Of a stretch of 64,000 nt of DNA, positions 1 to 7,952 are shown in pieces; position 1 is the first letter of the stretch, and each line of letters opens with the position of its first letter. Location: NCBI GenBank assembly GCA_963709345.1, contig CAVPVX010000010.1, forward strand, positions 128,001-192,000. Direction: 5' to 3'. Position numbers and translations under genes: made by a program. Source of the stretch: an uncultured Actinomycetes bacterium. GTDB lineage: Bacteria > Actinomycetota > Thermoleophilia > UBA2241. The notes below the pieces were generated by a model. It was not told the DNA's origin, did not search any database, and was given only the letters and a program-made list of their open reading frames with translations.

Positions 1-1124
1 CGGAAATGCCCGAGCTCGTCAAGAAGTTCGCCGTCGACCAGGTCGTGTTCGCGTACTCGGACGTACCATATGAGTACGTCATGCATCGCTCGGCTCTCGT
101 CAACTCCCTCGGCGCCGACTTCCGCCTGCTCGGCCCGGAGCACACCATGGTCAAGAGCACCAAGCCGGTGATCGCGGTCTGCGCCGTGCGTACCGGCGCC
201 GGCAAGAGCCAGACCACGCGCAAGATCCAGACCACCCTGCGCGCCGCCGGCAAGAAGGTCGTCAGCATCCGTCACCCCATGCCCTACGGCGACCTGGTCG
301 CCCAGAAGTGCATGCGCTTCGCCACGGTCGAGGACCTCGCCAAGAACAACTGCACCATCGAGGAGATGGAAGAGTACGAGCCGCACGTCACGGCCGGCAA
401 CGTGATCTACTCCGGCGTCGACTACGAGGCCATCGTGCGCGAGGCCGAGAAGGAAGCCGACATCATCCTCTGGGATGGCGGCAACAACGACTTCTCCTTC
501 TACAAGCCCGACCTGTACATCACCGTCGCCGACCCGCATCGTCCGGGTGACGGCCTCAGGTACTATCCCGGCGAGGTCAACCTTCGGCTCGCCGACGTCG
601 TCGTGCTCAACAAGGTCGACTCCGCAGATGCCGCCGGCATCCAGGCCGAGCTCGAGGCGGTGCGCTCGGTCAATCCCGACGCACGTATCATCATGGGCGC
701 TTCGCCGCTCACCGTCGACAAGCCCGAGCTCGTCCAGGGCAAGCGCGTCCTCGTGGTCGAAGACGGCCCGACGCTCACGCACGGCGAGATGAAGTACGGC
801 GCCGGCACCGTGGCCGCCAGGCAGCTCGGTGCCGCCGAGTTCATCGACCCGCGTCCGTTCGCCGTCGGCGAGATCACCTCCACCTTCGAGAAGTACCCGA
901 ACATCGGCGTGCTTCTTCCGGCGATGGGCTACTCGCAGGAGCAGCTCAACGACATGGAGACCACGATCAACAACTCCGGTGCCGACGTGATCGTCATCGG
1001 TACGCCGATGGATCTTCGCCGCATCATCAACATCAAGATCCCCGCGGTGCAGGTCAAGTACGACCTCCAGGAGATCGGCAGCCCGACGCTTGAGGACATC
1101 TTGCGCGAGCGCAAGTTCATCTAG
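1..1124 (+). CDS. arcE: Arginine synthetase (ArcE)-like P-loop protein, COG2403 / cyclic 2,3-diphosphoglycerate synthetase-like family; 5' end lies outside the window
   Basis: Motifs VRTGAGKSQT (P-loop), IRHPMPYGDL, TIEEMEEYEPH, WDGGNND, VEDGPTLTHG, LPAMGYS. Directly upstream of carbamoyltransferase and carbamate kinase genes. Confidence 0.75.
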   Translation, partial: EMPELVKKFAVDQVVFAYSDVPYEYVMHRSALVNSLGADFRLLGPEHTMVKSTKPVIAVCAVRTGAGKSQTTRKIQTTLRAAGKKVVSIRHPMPYGDLVAQKCMRFATVEDLAKNNCTIEEMEEYEPHVTAGNVIYSGVDYEAIVREAEKEADIILWDGGNNDFSFYKPDLYITVADPHRPGDGLRYYPGEVNLRLADVVVLNKVDSADAAGIQAELEAVRSVNPDARIIMGASPLTVDKPELVQGKRVLVVEDGPTLTHGEMKYGAGTVAARQLGAAEFIDPRPFAVGEITSTFEKYPNIGVLLPAMGYSQEQLNDMETTINNSGADVIVIGTPMDLRRIINIKIPAVQVKYDLQEIGSPTLEDILRERKFI

Positions 1125-1141
1125 GAGCCGCTCGTAGCATT

Positions 1142-1181
1142 TCGGCGGCGGCCGGTTTGCGGAACAACCGGCCGCCGCCGA
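1142..1181 (+). other. Intergenic 16-bp stem-loop between arcE and arcB (RNA stabiliser or partial terminator)
   Basis: tcggcggcggccggtt (1142-1157) is the reverse complement of aaccggccgccgccga (1166-1181). No strong U-tract follows. Confidence 0.6.
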
Positions 1182-1238
1182 GCCGTCTGTTGCGGCGGCT
1201 CACCAGTTCAGCCAACTATCCCGTCAAGGGAGGGTTGC

Positions 1239-2201
1239 TTGTCTACCCCGTTGAATCAATGCATCTCCGAACTCGATCTCACCGGTCGCAGCTTCCTCAC
1301 GATCCACGAGTTCACACCAGCTGAAATCACCGCGTTGCTCGATCTGACCACGGAGTTCAAGGGAGCGCGGAAGCGCCGTGAGCTGACGCCACTGCTTGCC
1401 GGACGCACTGTCGCGATGATCTTCATGAAGACCTCGACGCGCACCCGGGTGAGCTTCGAGGTCGGCATCGCCCAGCTCGGCGCCCAGGCCATGTTCCTCA
1501 ACGCCAACGACATCCAGCTTCACGTCGGGGAGACCATCAAGGACACGGCCAACGCGATGAGCCGCTACGTGGATTGCATCATGATCCGCACCTTTGCCCA
1601 CAAGGACGTCGAGGACCTCGTGGCCTACGGGCAGATCCCGATCATCAACGGGCTCACCGACCTGCATCACCCGTGCCAGGCACTCTCGGACGCACTCACG
1701 ATCCGCGAGCACGTCGGCCGCCTCGAGGGCGTCAGGGTGGTCTACTCAGGCGACGGCAACAACGTCGCCCACTCCCTGGCGGAGGTGGGCGCGAAGACAG
1801 GGATGCATGTCGTGATCTGTTCACCAGCCGGGTATCGGCCCGACACTGCGATCATCGAACGGGCCCGCGAGGACGCCAAGGCGACCGGTGCGACCATCGA
1901 GCTCACGAGTGATCTCAAGACCGCCGTCAAGGGCGCGGACGTCATCTACACCGACACGTTCACGAGCATGGGCCAGGAGGCGGACCACGACGTCCGCCTC
2001 GCCGGCCTGCGCGACTACCAAGTCAATATGGACCTGCTACGCCTCGCTGGCCCGCAGGCCAAGGTCATGCACTGCCTGCCGGCGCACTGGGGTGAAGAGA
2101 TCACCGAAGAAGTGCTCTACTCGCCGCGCTCCGTGGTCTTCGACCAGGCGGAGAACCGGCTGCACGCACAAAAGGCGATCATGGCAGCAGTGATCGCATG
2201 A
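1239..2201 (+). CDS. argF: Ornithine carbamoyltransferase, probably catabolic
   Basis: STRT carbamoyl-phosphate motif, HPCQ, DTFTSMG, HCLP, DQAENRLHAQKA. TTG start after GGGAGGG. Confidence 0.92.
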   Translation: MSTPLNQCISELDLTGRSFLTIHEFTPAEITALLDLTTEFKGARKRRELTPLLAGRTVAMIFMKTSTRTRVSFEVGIAQLGAQAMFLNANDIQLHVGETIKDTANAMSRYVDCIMIRTFAHKDVEDLVAYGQIPIINGLTDLHHPCQALSDALTIREHVGRLEGVRVVYSGDGNNVAHSLAEVGAKTGMHVVICSPAGYRPDTAIIERAREDAKATGATIELTSDLKTAVKGADVIYTDTFTSMGQEADHDVRLAGLRDYQVNMDLLRLAGPQAKVMHCLPAHWGEEITEEVLYSPRSVVFDQAENRLHAQKAIMAAVIA

Positions 2202-3205
2202 GCCTCGTGAAGGAGTCAGGTAACGTGCCTCAGAACTCAGGCGAACGCGGAAAGACAGTAGTGATTGCCCTCGGTGGCAATGCGATCTTGCAGCCGGGGC
2301 AGATCGGGACCTTCGAAGAGCAGCTTGTGAATGTCGATGGCGCTATGCGCTGCATCACCGATCTTGTCGAGGGCGGCTGGCGCGTCGTGCTCACCCACGG
2401 CAACGGCCCCCAGGTCGGTGATCTTCTCGTGCAGAATGCGCTCGCCGCAGGGACTGTACCGGTGATGCCGATGGATGTCTGCGGCGCCGAGAGCCAGGGC
2501 GAGATCGGCTACATGCTCGAGCAGACCCTCTTGAATCACTTCCTGAAGCGGCACATCTCCGTGCCGGTCGTCACAGTGCTTACGCAAGTTGCCGTGAGCG
2601 CCACAGACCAGGCGTTCGAGAACCCGACCAAGCCGGTCGGCGCGTTCTACTCTGAGGACGAGGCAAAGAAGATGATGCTTGAGCAGGGCCACGTCATGCG
2701 GGAAGACGCCGGCAGGGGCTGGCGGCGCGTGGTTCCTAGCCCCGAACCCGTGGAGATCGTCCCTCGCAAAGCGATCGTCGACATGGTCGACGACGGTATC
2801 TGTGTCATCTGCTCCGGCGGGGGCGGCGTTCCCGTGGTGCGCGCCAAGGATGGCACACTATCGGGCATCGCGGCAGTCATCGACAAGGACCTGGCTGCGG
2901 CACTGCTTGCCAAGGAAGTGGCCGCTGACGCGCTTCTCATTCTCACCGACGTGTCTCAGGCCTACGTTGACTACAACACCCCGGACCAGCGTGGTCTTGG
3001 CATCGTGAGTCTCACCGAGATGCAGGGATACGCTGACGACGGACACTTCAAGGCCGGCTCCATGGGCCCCAAGGTGAAGGCATGCATGCGGTTCGTGGAG
3101 GGCGGGGGGACGGCAGTCATCGGCAGCCTGACCGAAGTGGTCCAGGCGATGGCCGGTGAGGCTGGGACCACCATCGTCCCTGACGACGACCCACGGACCG
3201 AGTAG
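2198..3205 (+). CDS. arcC: Carbamate kinase
   Basis: IALGGNA, THGNGPQVG, NPTKPVG, GWRRVVPSP, GGGGVPV, VIDKD, GSMGPKV. ATGA overlap with the upstream gene. Confidence 0.96.
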   Translation: MSLVKESGNVPQNSGERGKTVVIALGGNAILQPGQIGTFEEQLVNVDGAMRCITDLVEGGWRVVLTHGNGPQVGDLLVQNALAAGTVPVMPMDVCGAESQGEIGYMLEQTLLNHFLKRHISVPVVTVLTQVAVSATDQAFENPTKPVGAFYSEDEAKKMMLEQGHVMREDAGRGWRRVVPSPEPVEIVPRKAIVDMVDDGICVICSGGGGVPVVRAKDGTLSGIAAVIDKDLAAALLAKEVAADALLILTDVSQAYVDYNTPDQRGLGIVSLTEMQGYADDGHFKAGSMGPKVKACMRFVEGGGTAVIGSLTEVVQAMAGEAGTTIVPDDDPRTE

Positions 3206-3444
3206 CGGCTGTCGACAAGGCGAGGCAAGGGGAGGATCAGCGGCCGAATCGCGAATGGCCCTTGCGAGCCGGGATCGTACAAGAGGGAGCGGGAGGCGGG
3301 TGACCGTCGCCCGTTCCCTCCGTCAGCGGAGAGTGCGCGGGGAGGAGAGAAGACACCGACTCCAGGGGTGCCGATCCCGTTCGCACTGACTCGCTTCCCA
3401 GGAGGTGAGACCCAGCCATCCGCTCGACACGGACCGTCGGGGCG

Positions 3445-4278
3445 CTATTCGGAGGTGCTGGAACACGACGGTGCTCCTATCATCTCGACGTGTACCGCAT
3501 GCGCCTCGGTGTCGGTCGGGTTGCTCCATGTCCACGGAGTGCCGGGAGGCAGCATGATCGAGTCGCCGGGGCCCAGAAGAGCGGCCTCTTCAATGCTTTC
3601 GCCCGTGACGAGACGGAACTCGAACCAGCCCTCCGTGACGAACACGAACGTCTCGTAGCGACGCGAGAGATACCCGCCGCTGCCCGATCCTGCCGGCGCG
3701 ATGATGAGAGCGGGCTCCATACAGTGGCCGAGCCCGGCAAGCTCTTCGTATCTGACGCCACCTGCCAACGAGATTCCCCGACGGCTTGCTGCTCGTTCGA
3801 CGTGCCTGTCGGCGGGTTGCGGTCCGCTGGAGAAGACGCTCTGGGGCAGATTGAGCGCGTCGGCGATCCGCGCCATGGTCGTCGCCGATGCGCCAGACTC
3901 GCCGCGCTCGAGACTGGACAGGAACGACTCGGACAGCTCGGCATCGGCCGCCAGCGCCTGGAGGGTCAGACCGCGGGACAGGCGTATGTGCCGCACTCTG
4001 GCGCCCAACGACGAGTCGCCTGCGTCGGGATTCTGCTTCGGTGCCGAAAGCGTCCCGGAGCTGAGCATGGCGGCCGCGTTCCACCCATGCTGGCGCCGCA
4101 GTCCGACCACCTGGCGTACCCTGCGGTAGCACTCCGCGTCGTAGAGCCGCTGTCCACCCGCGCTCCTGTGCGGCGAGATCAAGCCTCGCCGCTCCCAGTT
4201 TCGCAGCGTCTGAGGACTCACGCCGACGGCTCTGCTCAACTCTCCAATTGTTCGGTAGGTTTTGTCGTCTTCATGCAT
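3445..4278 (-). CDS. Transcriptional regulator: MerR-type HTH + XRE HTH + cupin sensor domain
   Basis: TIGELSRAVGVSPQTLRNWERRGLI..R..GGQRLY (MerR); LGARVRHIRLSRGLTLQALA..LSSLERG (XRE); ETFVFVTEG..LGPGDSI..P (cupin). Confidence 0.88.
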   Translation of the reverse strand: MHEDDKTYRTIGELSRAVGVSPQTLRNWERRGLISPHRSAGGQRLYDAECYRRVRQVVGLRRQHGWNAAAMLSSGTLSAPKQNPDAGDSSLGARVRHIRLSRGLTLQALAADAELSESFLSSLERGESGASATTMARIADALNLPQSVFSSGPQPADRHVERAASRRGISLAGGVRYEELAGLGHCMEPALIIAPAGSGSGGYLSRRYETFVFVTEGWFEFRLVTGESIEEAALLGPGDSIMLPPGTPWTWSNPTDTEAHAVHVEMIGAPSCSSTSE

Positions 4279-4333
4279 CCCTTCGACCTCACGTGTAGCG
4301 GTCCGCCTAGGAAAAAGGCGCCCGGAGGACCGA

Positions 4334-4361
4334 TTGACACTCTACAGTCGACTGGTAGAAT
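4334..4361 (+). promoter_or_regulatory. Sigma70-type promoter of the amidinotransferase unit, with a palindromic putative operator in the spacer
   Basis: TTGACA (4334-4339), 16-bp spacer, TG-n-TAGAAT (4356-4361). The perfect palindrome CAGTCGACTG (4345-4354) lies inside the spacer. Confidence 0.7.
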
Positions 4362-4432
4362 ATCAGCGTTACAGCGTCTCAATGAAGATTTCTCATCTTG
4401 CGGACGACGCGGCGGCAACAACAAGGAGGTTC

Positions 4433-4501
4433 ATGCGCGGTAGCTTGCTGACTAGTCCAAGTGCCTCCGAGACTGACGGTACTGCCTCGGCAGCGCACTG
4501 A
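4433..4501 (+). CDS. Putative 22-aa leader peptide MRGSLLTSPSASETDGTASAAH
   Basis: Perfect SD AAGGAGGT (4423-4430) just before ATG 4433. Lies between the promoter and the amidinotransferase start. Confidence 0.3.
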   Translation: MRGSLLTSPSASETDGTASAAH

Positions 4502-4531
4502 CCCAAATGCCCCTACCAGAGGAGTGAAGAT

Positions 4532-5743
4532 ATGCCTACTATCGTCAAGTCGTGGGATGAGTGGTCGCCACTCAAGCGCGTGATCATCGGGCGTCCGGAG
4601 GGGACCAACGTTCCGGCTCCCGAGCCGGCTTGGTTCTACGACCTGCCGAATGGCGGGTACCCGCTCGGCTCGCACGGCCCGTTCCCGCAGGAAATGGTCG
4701 ACGCCGCCAACGAGCAGATGGACTACTTCGTCGCCCAGATCGAGAAGCGCGGCGCCATCGTCGAGCGCATCGACATCCAGCCCTTCATGATGAACAAGCC
4801 CCTCTGCTCGCCGCTCGGCTGGGTCCATGAGGGCGCGCACGGCGTGAACAACGTCCGCGACGTCACCACGATCCACGGCAACTACATCATCGACGCCACG
4901 ACGGTCCGCCGCTCCCGCGTCTTTGAGCGCTTCAACCTCCGGCCGATCTTCGAGCGCTACTGCGAGGAAGATCCCGAGGCTGTGCACTTCTCCGCGCCGT
5001 TCCCGATGCTCACCGACGAGTCGTACGTGAACATCTCCGGCACCGGCGCGCCGGACTACTACCATTACTACGAGAACGTGTGGACCGACGAGGAGAAGCG
5101 CGACCGCCTCTACAACTCCGAGTTCCAGCTCGCTGAGAAGGAAGCCCTCTGGGATTCCGCCGACACCATGCGTTTCGGCAAGGACTGCTTCCACCAGATC
5201 TCCTGCGTGACCAACAAGAAGGGCGTAGACTGGCTGAAGCGCATGTTCGCCTCCCTCGGCCTGCGGCTGCACCACATCACGTTCGACACGCCGATGGATC
5301 CGTCCAAGCAGAAGCCGGAGAACTTCCATCCGTGGCACATCGACGTCAACTTCGTGCCGCTGCGCCCGGGTCTCGTCATGACCAACCCGGACTGGAAGCC
5401 GCGCACTCCTGAGGTCTTCGAGCTCTTCAAGCTCAACGATTGGGAGATGATCGAGGCCGCACGCCCGACGCGCGTCCACAAGAACGACGTCTTCCTGACC
5501 GGCCTCTACGAGGGTAAGTCCTGGATCTCGATGAACACCTTCTCGTTCGACGAGAAGACCGTGTTCGTCGAGGCCGGCGAGACGGCGTACTGCGAGCAGC
5601 TTGAGAAGCTCGGCTTCGACGTCGTGCCGATCCCGTACGAGAAGGTCATTCCATTCGGTGGGGCGCTGCACTGCACCACCCTGGACGTCCACCGCGAGTC
5701 CGAGTGTGTGGACTACTTCCCGAAGCAGGTAAAGGGATACTGA
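4532..5743 (+). CDS. Amidinotransferase (glycine / inosamine-phosphate amidinotransferase family)
   Basis: N-terminal SWDEWSPLKRVIIG. Catalytic Asp/His/Cys context WDSAD, WHID, GGALHCTTLD. SD GAGGAG. Confidence 0.9.
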   Translation: MPTIVKSWDEWSPLKRVIIGRPEGTNVPAPEPAWFYDLPNGGYPLGSHGPFPQEMVDAANEQMDYFVAQIEKRGAIVERIDIQPFMMNKPLCSPLGWVHEGAHGVNNVRDVTTIHGNYIIDATTVRRSRVFERFNLRPIFERYCEEDPEAVHFSAPFPMLTDESYVNISGTGAPDYYHYYENVWTDEEKRDRLYNSEFQLAEKEALWDSADTMRFGKDCFHQISCVTNKKGVDWLKRMFASLGLRLHHITFDTPMDPSKQKPENFHPWHIDVNFVPLRPGLVMTNPDWKPRTPEVFELFKLNDWEMIEAARPTRVHKNDVFLTGLYEGKSWISMNTFSFDEKTVFVEAGETAYCEQLEKLGFDVVPIPYEKVIPFGGALHCTTLDVHRESECVDYFPKQVKGY

Positions 5744-5760
5744 GTCGAATCGCGCAGAAC

Positions 5761-5788
5761 AGGAGGGCGCCGCACGTGGCGCCCTCCT
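5761..5788 (+). terminator. Stem-loop after the amidinotransferase
   Basis: aggagggcgcc-gcacgt-ggcgccctcct, 11-bp stem. Weak U-tract. Confidence 0.5.
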
Positions 5789-6126
5789 GTGCTGCATCCA
5801 AGCAGCGTTGTCCCCCAAGGACAAGGGGAAACATGCGGGCCCCACGCCAAACGGCACGACCCGCGCTCTTCCCCGGGAGAGGGCTCTCGGGGCTTGTGCG
5901 GCGCCCGTGCACGACCGCTGCGCGTAGCCGGTCGTTACCGGCTTTGAACGGCGATCGCGCACGCATGCCGCGTGCGGCCATCTTCGGCCGCGTTCCGTAT
6001 CGTTGTCTTCCGTACTCATTCAGCATGCGCTCGGTGTCGGCAGGGGATAGATCCGCCACCGGGCGGACGAGGGGGAGATCGTGATGCAAACAGGGTGCCA
6101 TGGGATAATCGAAGGGGGTTTGACCA

Positions 6127-7653
6127 GTGGATAAGTTCGAAATCGGCCTTTTCCTGCTCATCGCTTTTTTCGCCATAGTCGGTATGTCCACGTATTTCCT
6201 CGTACGTAAGAGCGGTAAGCGCTTCATCATCGCCGGCAAGTCGCTGCCATTCTTCATCATCGGAACGATGCTGTTCGCCCAGGCGCTGGATGCCAACGCC
6301 ACGCTGGGGAACACTGGTGCCGCCTACGGCAGTGGCTTCTGGTGGGGGTTCCAGTTCCCGCTGGGCCTGGCCCTCTGCCTGTTCATCACCGGTATCTGGT
6401 TCGCCAAGCCGCTGAACCGGATGAACCTCATGACGCTGCCCGACTATTACTACCGGCGCTACGGCAGCGCGACAGAGGTCATCGTCTCCGTGCTGATGGC
6501 CGTGAGCTTCATCATCCTCGTGGCCGGTAACCTGGCGGGCTGTGCCTGGATCATCCACATCATCTTCGGCGTAGGCTACGTCCCGTCACTCATCATCATC
6601 AGCCTGATCATCATGGCCTACACCGTCAGCGGCGGGCTCTTCTCGTGCGCCGCGACCGACATCGTGCAGCTGTATCCGGCGTTCATCGCCTTCGTGGTGG
6701 GGACGATCTGGCTGGTCGTCGACGGCGGTGGCTGGTCCGAGTACGCCGCCGTGATCCCGGACGGGTACTTCAGCATGGCCGGCCTGACGTCGTTCGACGA
6801 CGGCGCGCTTGTCGTCTGGGCCGGCATCCTGGCGCTGGCGATCGGCGATATCGTCGCACTGGACTTCATGGAGCGCATCTTCTCCGCCAAGAGCCCGGAA
6901 ACGGCGCGGAGAGGCTGCTTCTTTGCCGGCGTCATGACGCTCGTCGTCGGCTTCTGCGCTTCTCTCATGGGCCTGATGGCGTTCAAGCTGATCCCCGGCG
7001 GCGTGGACGACCCGCGGTCGGTAATCATCACTATTGCGACCGCATCGTTGCCGTTCCTCCTGGGCCTCTTCGTTCTCGGCGGCATCCTCGGCGCCGGCTT
7101 GTCCACCGCCAACGGTGGCTCTCTCGGAATCTCCGCCGTCTTCGCCCGGAACATCATGCAGAGGAACATCTTCCTGCCGAGGATCCGCAGGCAGGCCAAG
7201 GCCGAGGGCAAGGACTTCCTGGAGGTCATGGAGTCGACCGACTGGCACAAGGCAGACCAGAAGCTGCTGTGGTACGCGCGACTCATGCTCATCCCCACGT
7301 TCGCGGCGGCCATCACGCTCGCCTACTATCGGCCTGAGCCGGGCATGCTGCTCGTCCTCGCGTTCGACGTGGTCTTTGCCGGCTGCGTCGCGCCCCTGAT
7401 CCTGGGGATGTACTGGAAGAAGGCCAACGCGTACGGCGCCGTGACGGCCGTCATCGTCGGCAGCGTGTTGCGTCTGGTGCTCTACTACACCATTCCGGTG
7501 GAGTGGGCCGGCATCGATACCATGATCCCGCCGGTCGTTTCGGTGGTGGTCATGGTGATCGTGTCGCTGGCCACACAGACGCAGAGTCCGCCGATGCACG
7601 AAGTGAACTTCGAGACGCCCGACGAAGCCGAGGTCGCTCGAGCACTCCGCTAG
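6127..7653 (+). CDS. Sodium:solute symporter (SSS) family transporter
   Basis: About 13 hydrophobic segments. Motifs FIIAGKSLP, TLPDYYYRRYG, YTVSGGL..ATD, LGMYWKKAN..GA. Confidence 0.9.
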   Translation: MDKFEIGLFLLIAFFAIVGMSTYFLVRKSGKRFIIAGKSLPFFIIGTMLFAQALDANATLGNTGAAYGSGFWWGFQFPLGLALCLFITGIWFAKPLNRMNLMTLPDYYYRRYGSATEVIVSVLMAVSFIILVAGNLAGCAWIIHIIFGVGYVPSLIIISLIIMAYTVSGGLFSCAATDIVQLYPAFIAFVVGTIWLVVDGGGWSEYAAVIPDGYFSMAGLTSFDDGALVVWAGILALAIGDIVALDFMERIFSAKSPETARRGCFFAGVMTLVVGFCASLMGLMAFKLIPGGVDDPRSVIITIATASLPFLLGLFVLGGILGAGLSTANGGSLGISAVFARNIMQRNIFLPRIRRQAKAEGKDFLEVMESTDWHKADQKLLWYARLMLIPTFAAAITLAYYRPEPGMLLVLAFDVVFAGCVAPLILGMYWKKANAYGAVTAVIVGSVLRLVLYYTIPVEWAGIDTMIPPVVSVVVMVIVSLATQTQSPPMHEVNFETPDEAEVARALR

Positions 7654-7668
7654 ACGCGTCTTGCTTGT

Positions 7669-7706
7669 GGGGCGGGGCGATCCTGCGGGATCGCCTCGCC
7701 CCTTTT
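7669..7706 (+). terminator. Rho-independent terminator after the SSS transporter
   Basis: 15-bp stem ggggcggggcgatcc / ggatcgcctcgcccc, tgcg loop, then TTTT. Confidence 0.8.
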
Positions 7707-7952
7707 CGCGTACGCCCGGCGTCGTCTGAGGACGCTCTGTTCGCGCTCTCCGCATCATCGAGCGCTTCGACAGCCTGCAAGACGCGACTTGGCTGCCGCC
7801 CGGCGCTGGCAGGGTCGCACACTCCACCGCCCCCTCGTCGGTCGTCTGACGTTCACCGGCACGCGTCAATCCGGTAGACTGCGCGCAACTCCCGGTGACT
7901 TGGCTTCGCACCCGCGGATGCCGCGCCCGGCCGCTTCAAGGAGACCACCTCG

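Noticed and set aside
4362-4531. Guanidine riboswitch in the amidinotransferase leader
   Set aside because: No ykkC-type conserved blocks and no paired ACGR-loop hairpins were found by eye.
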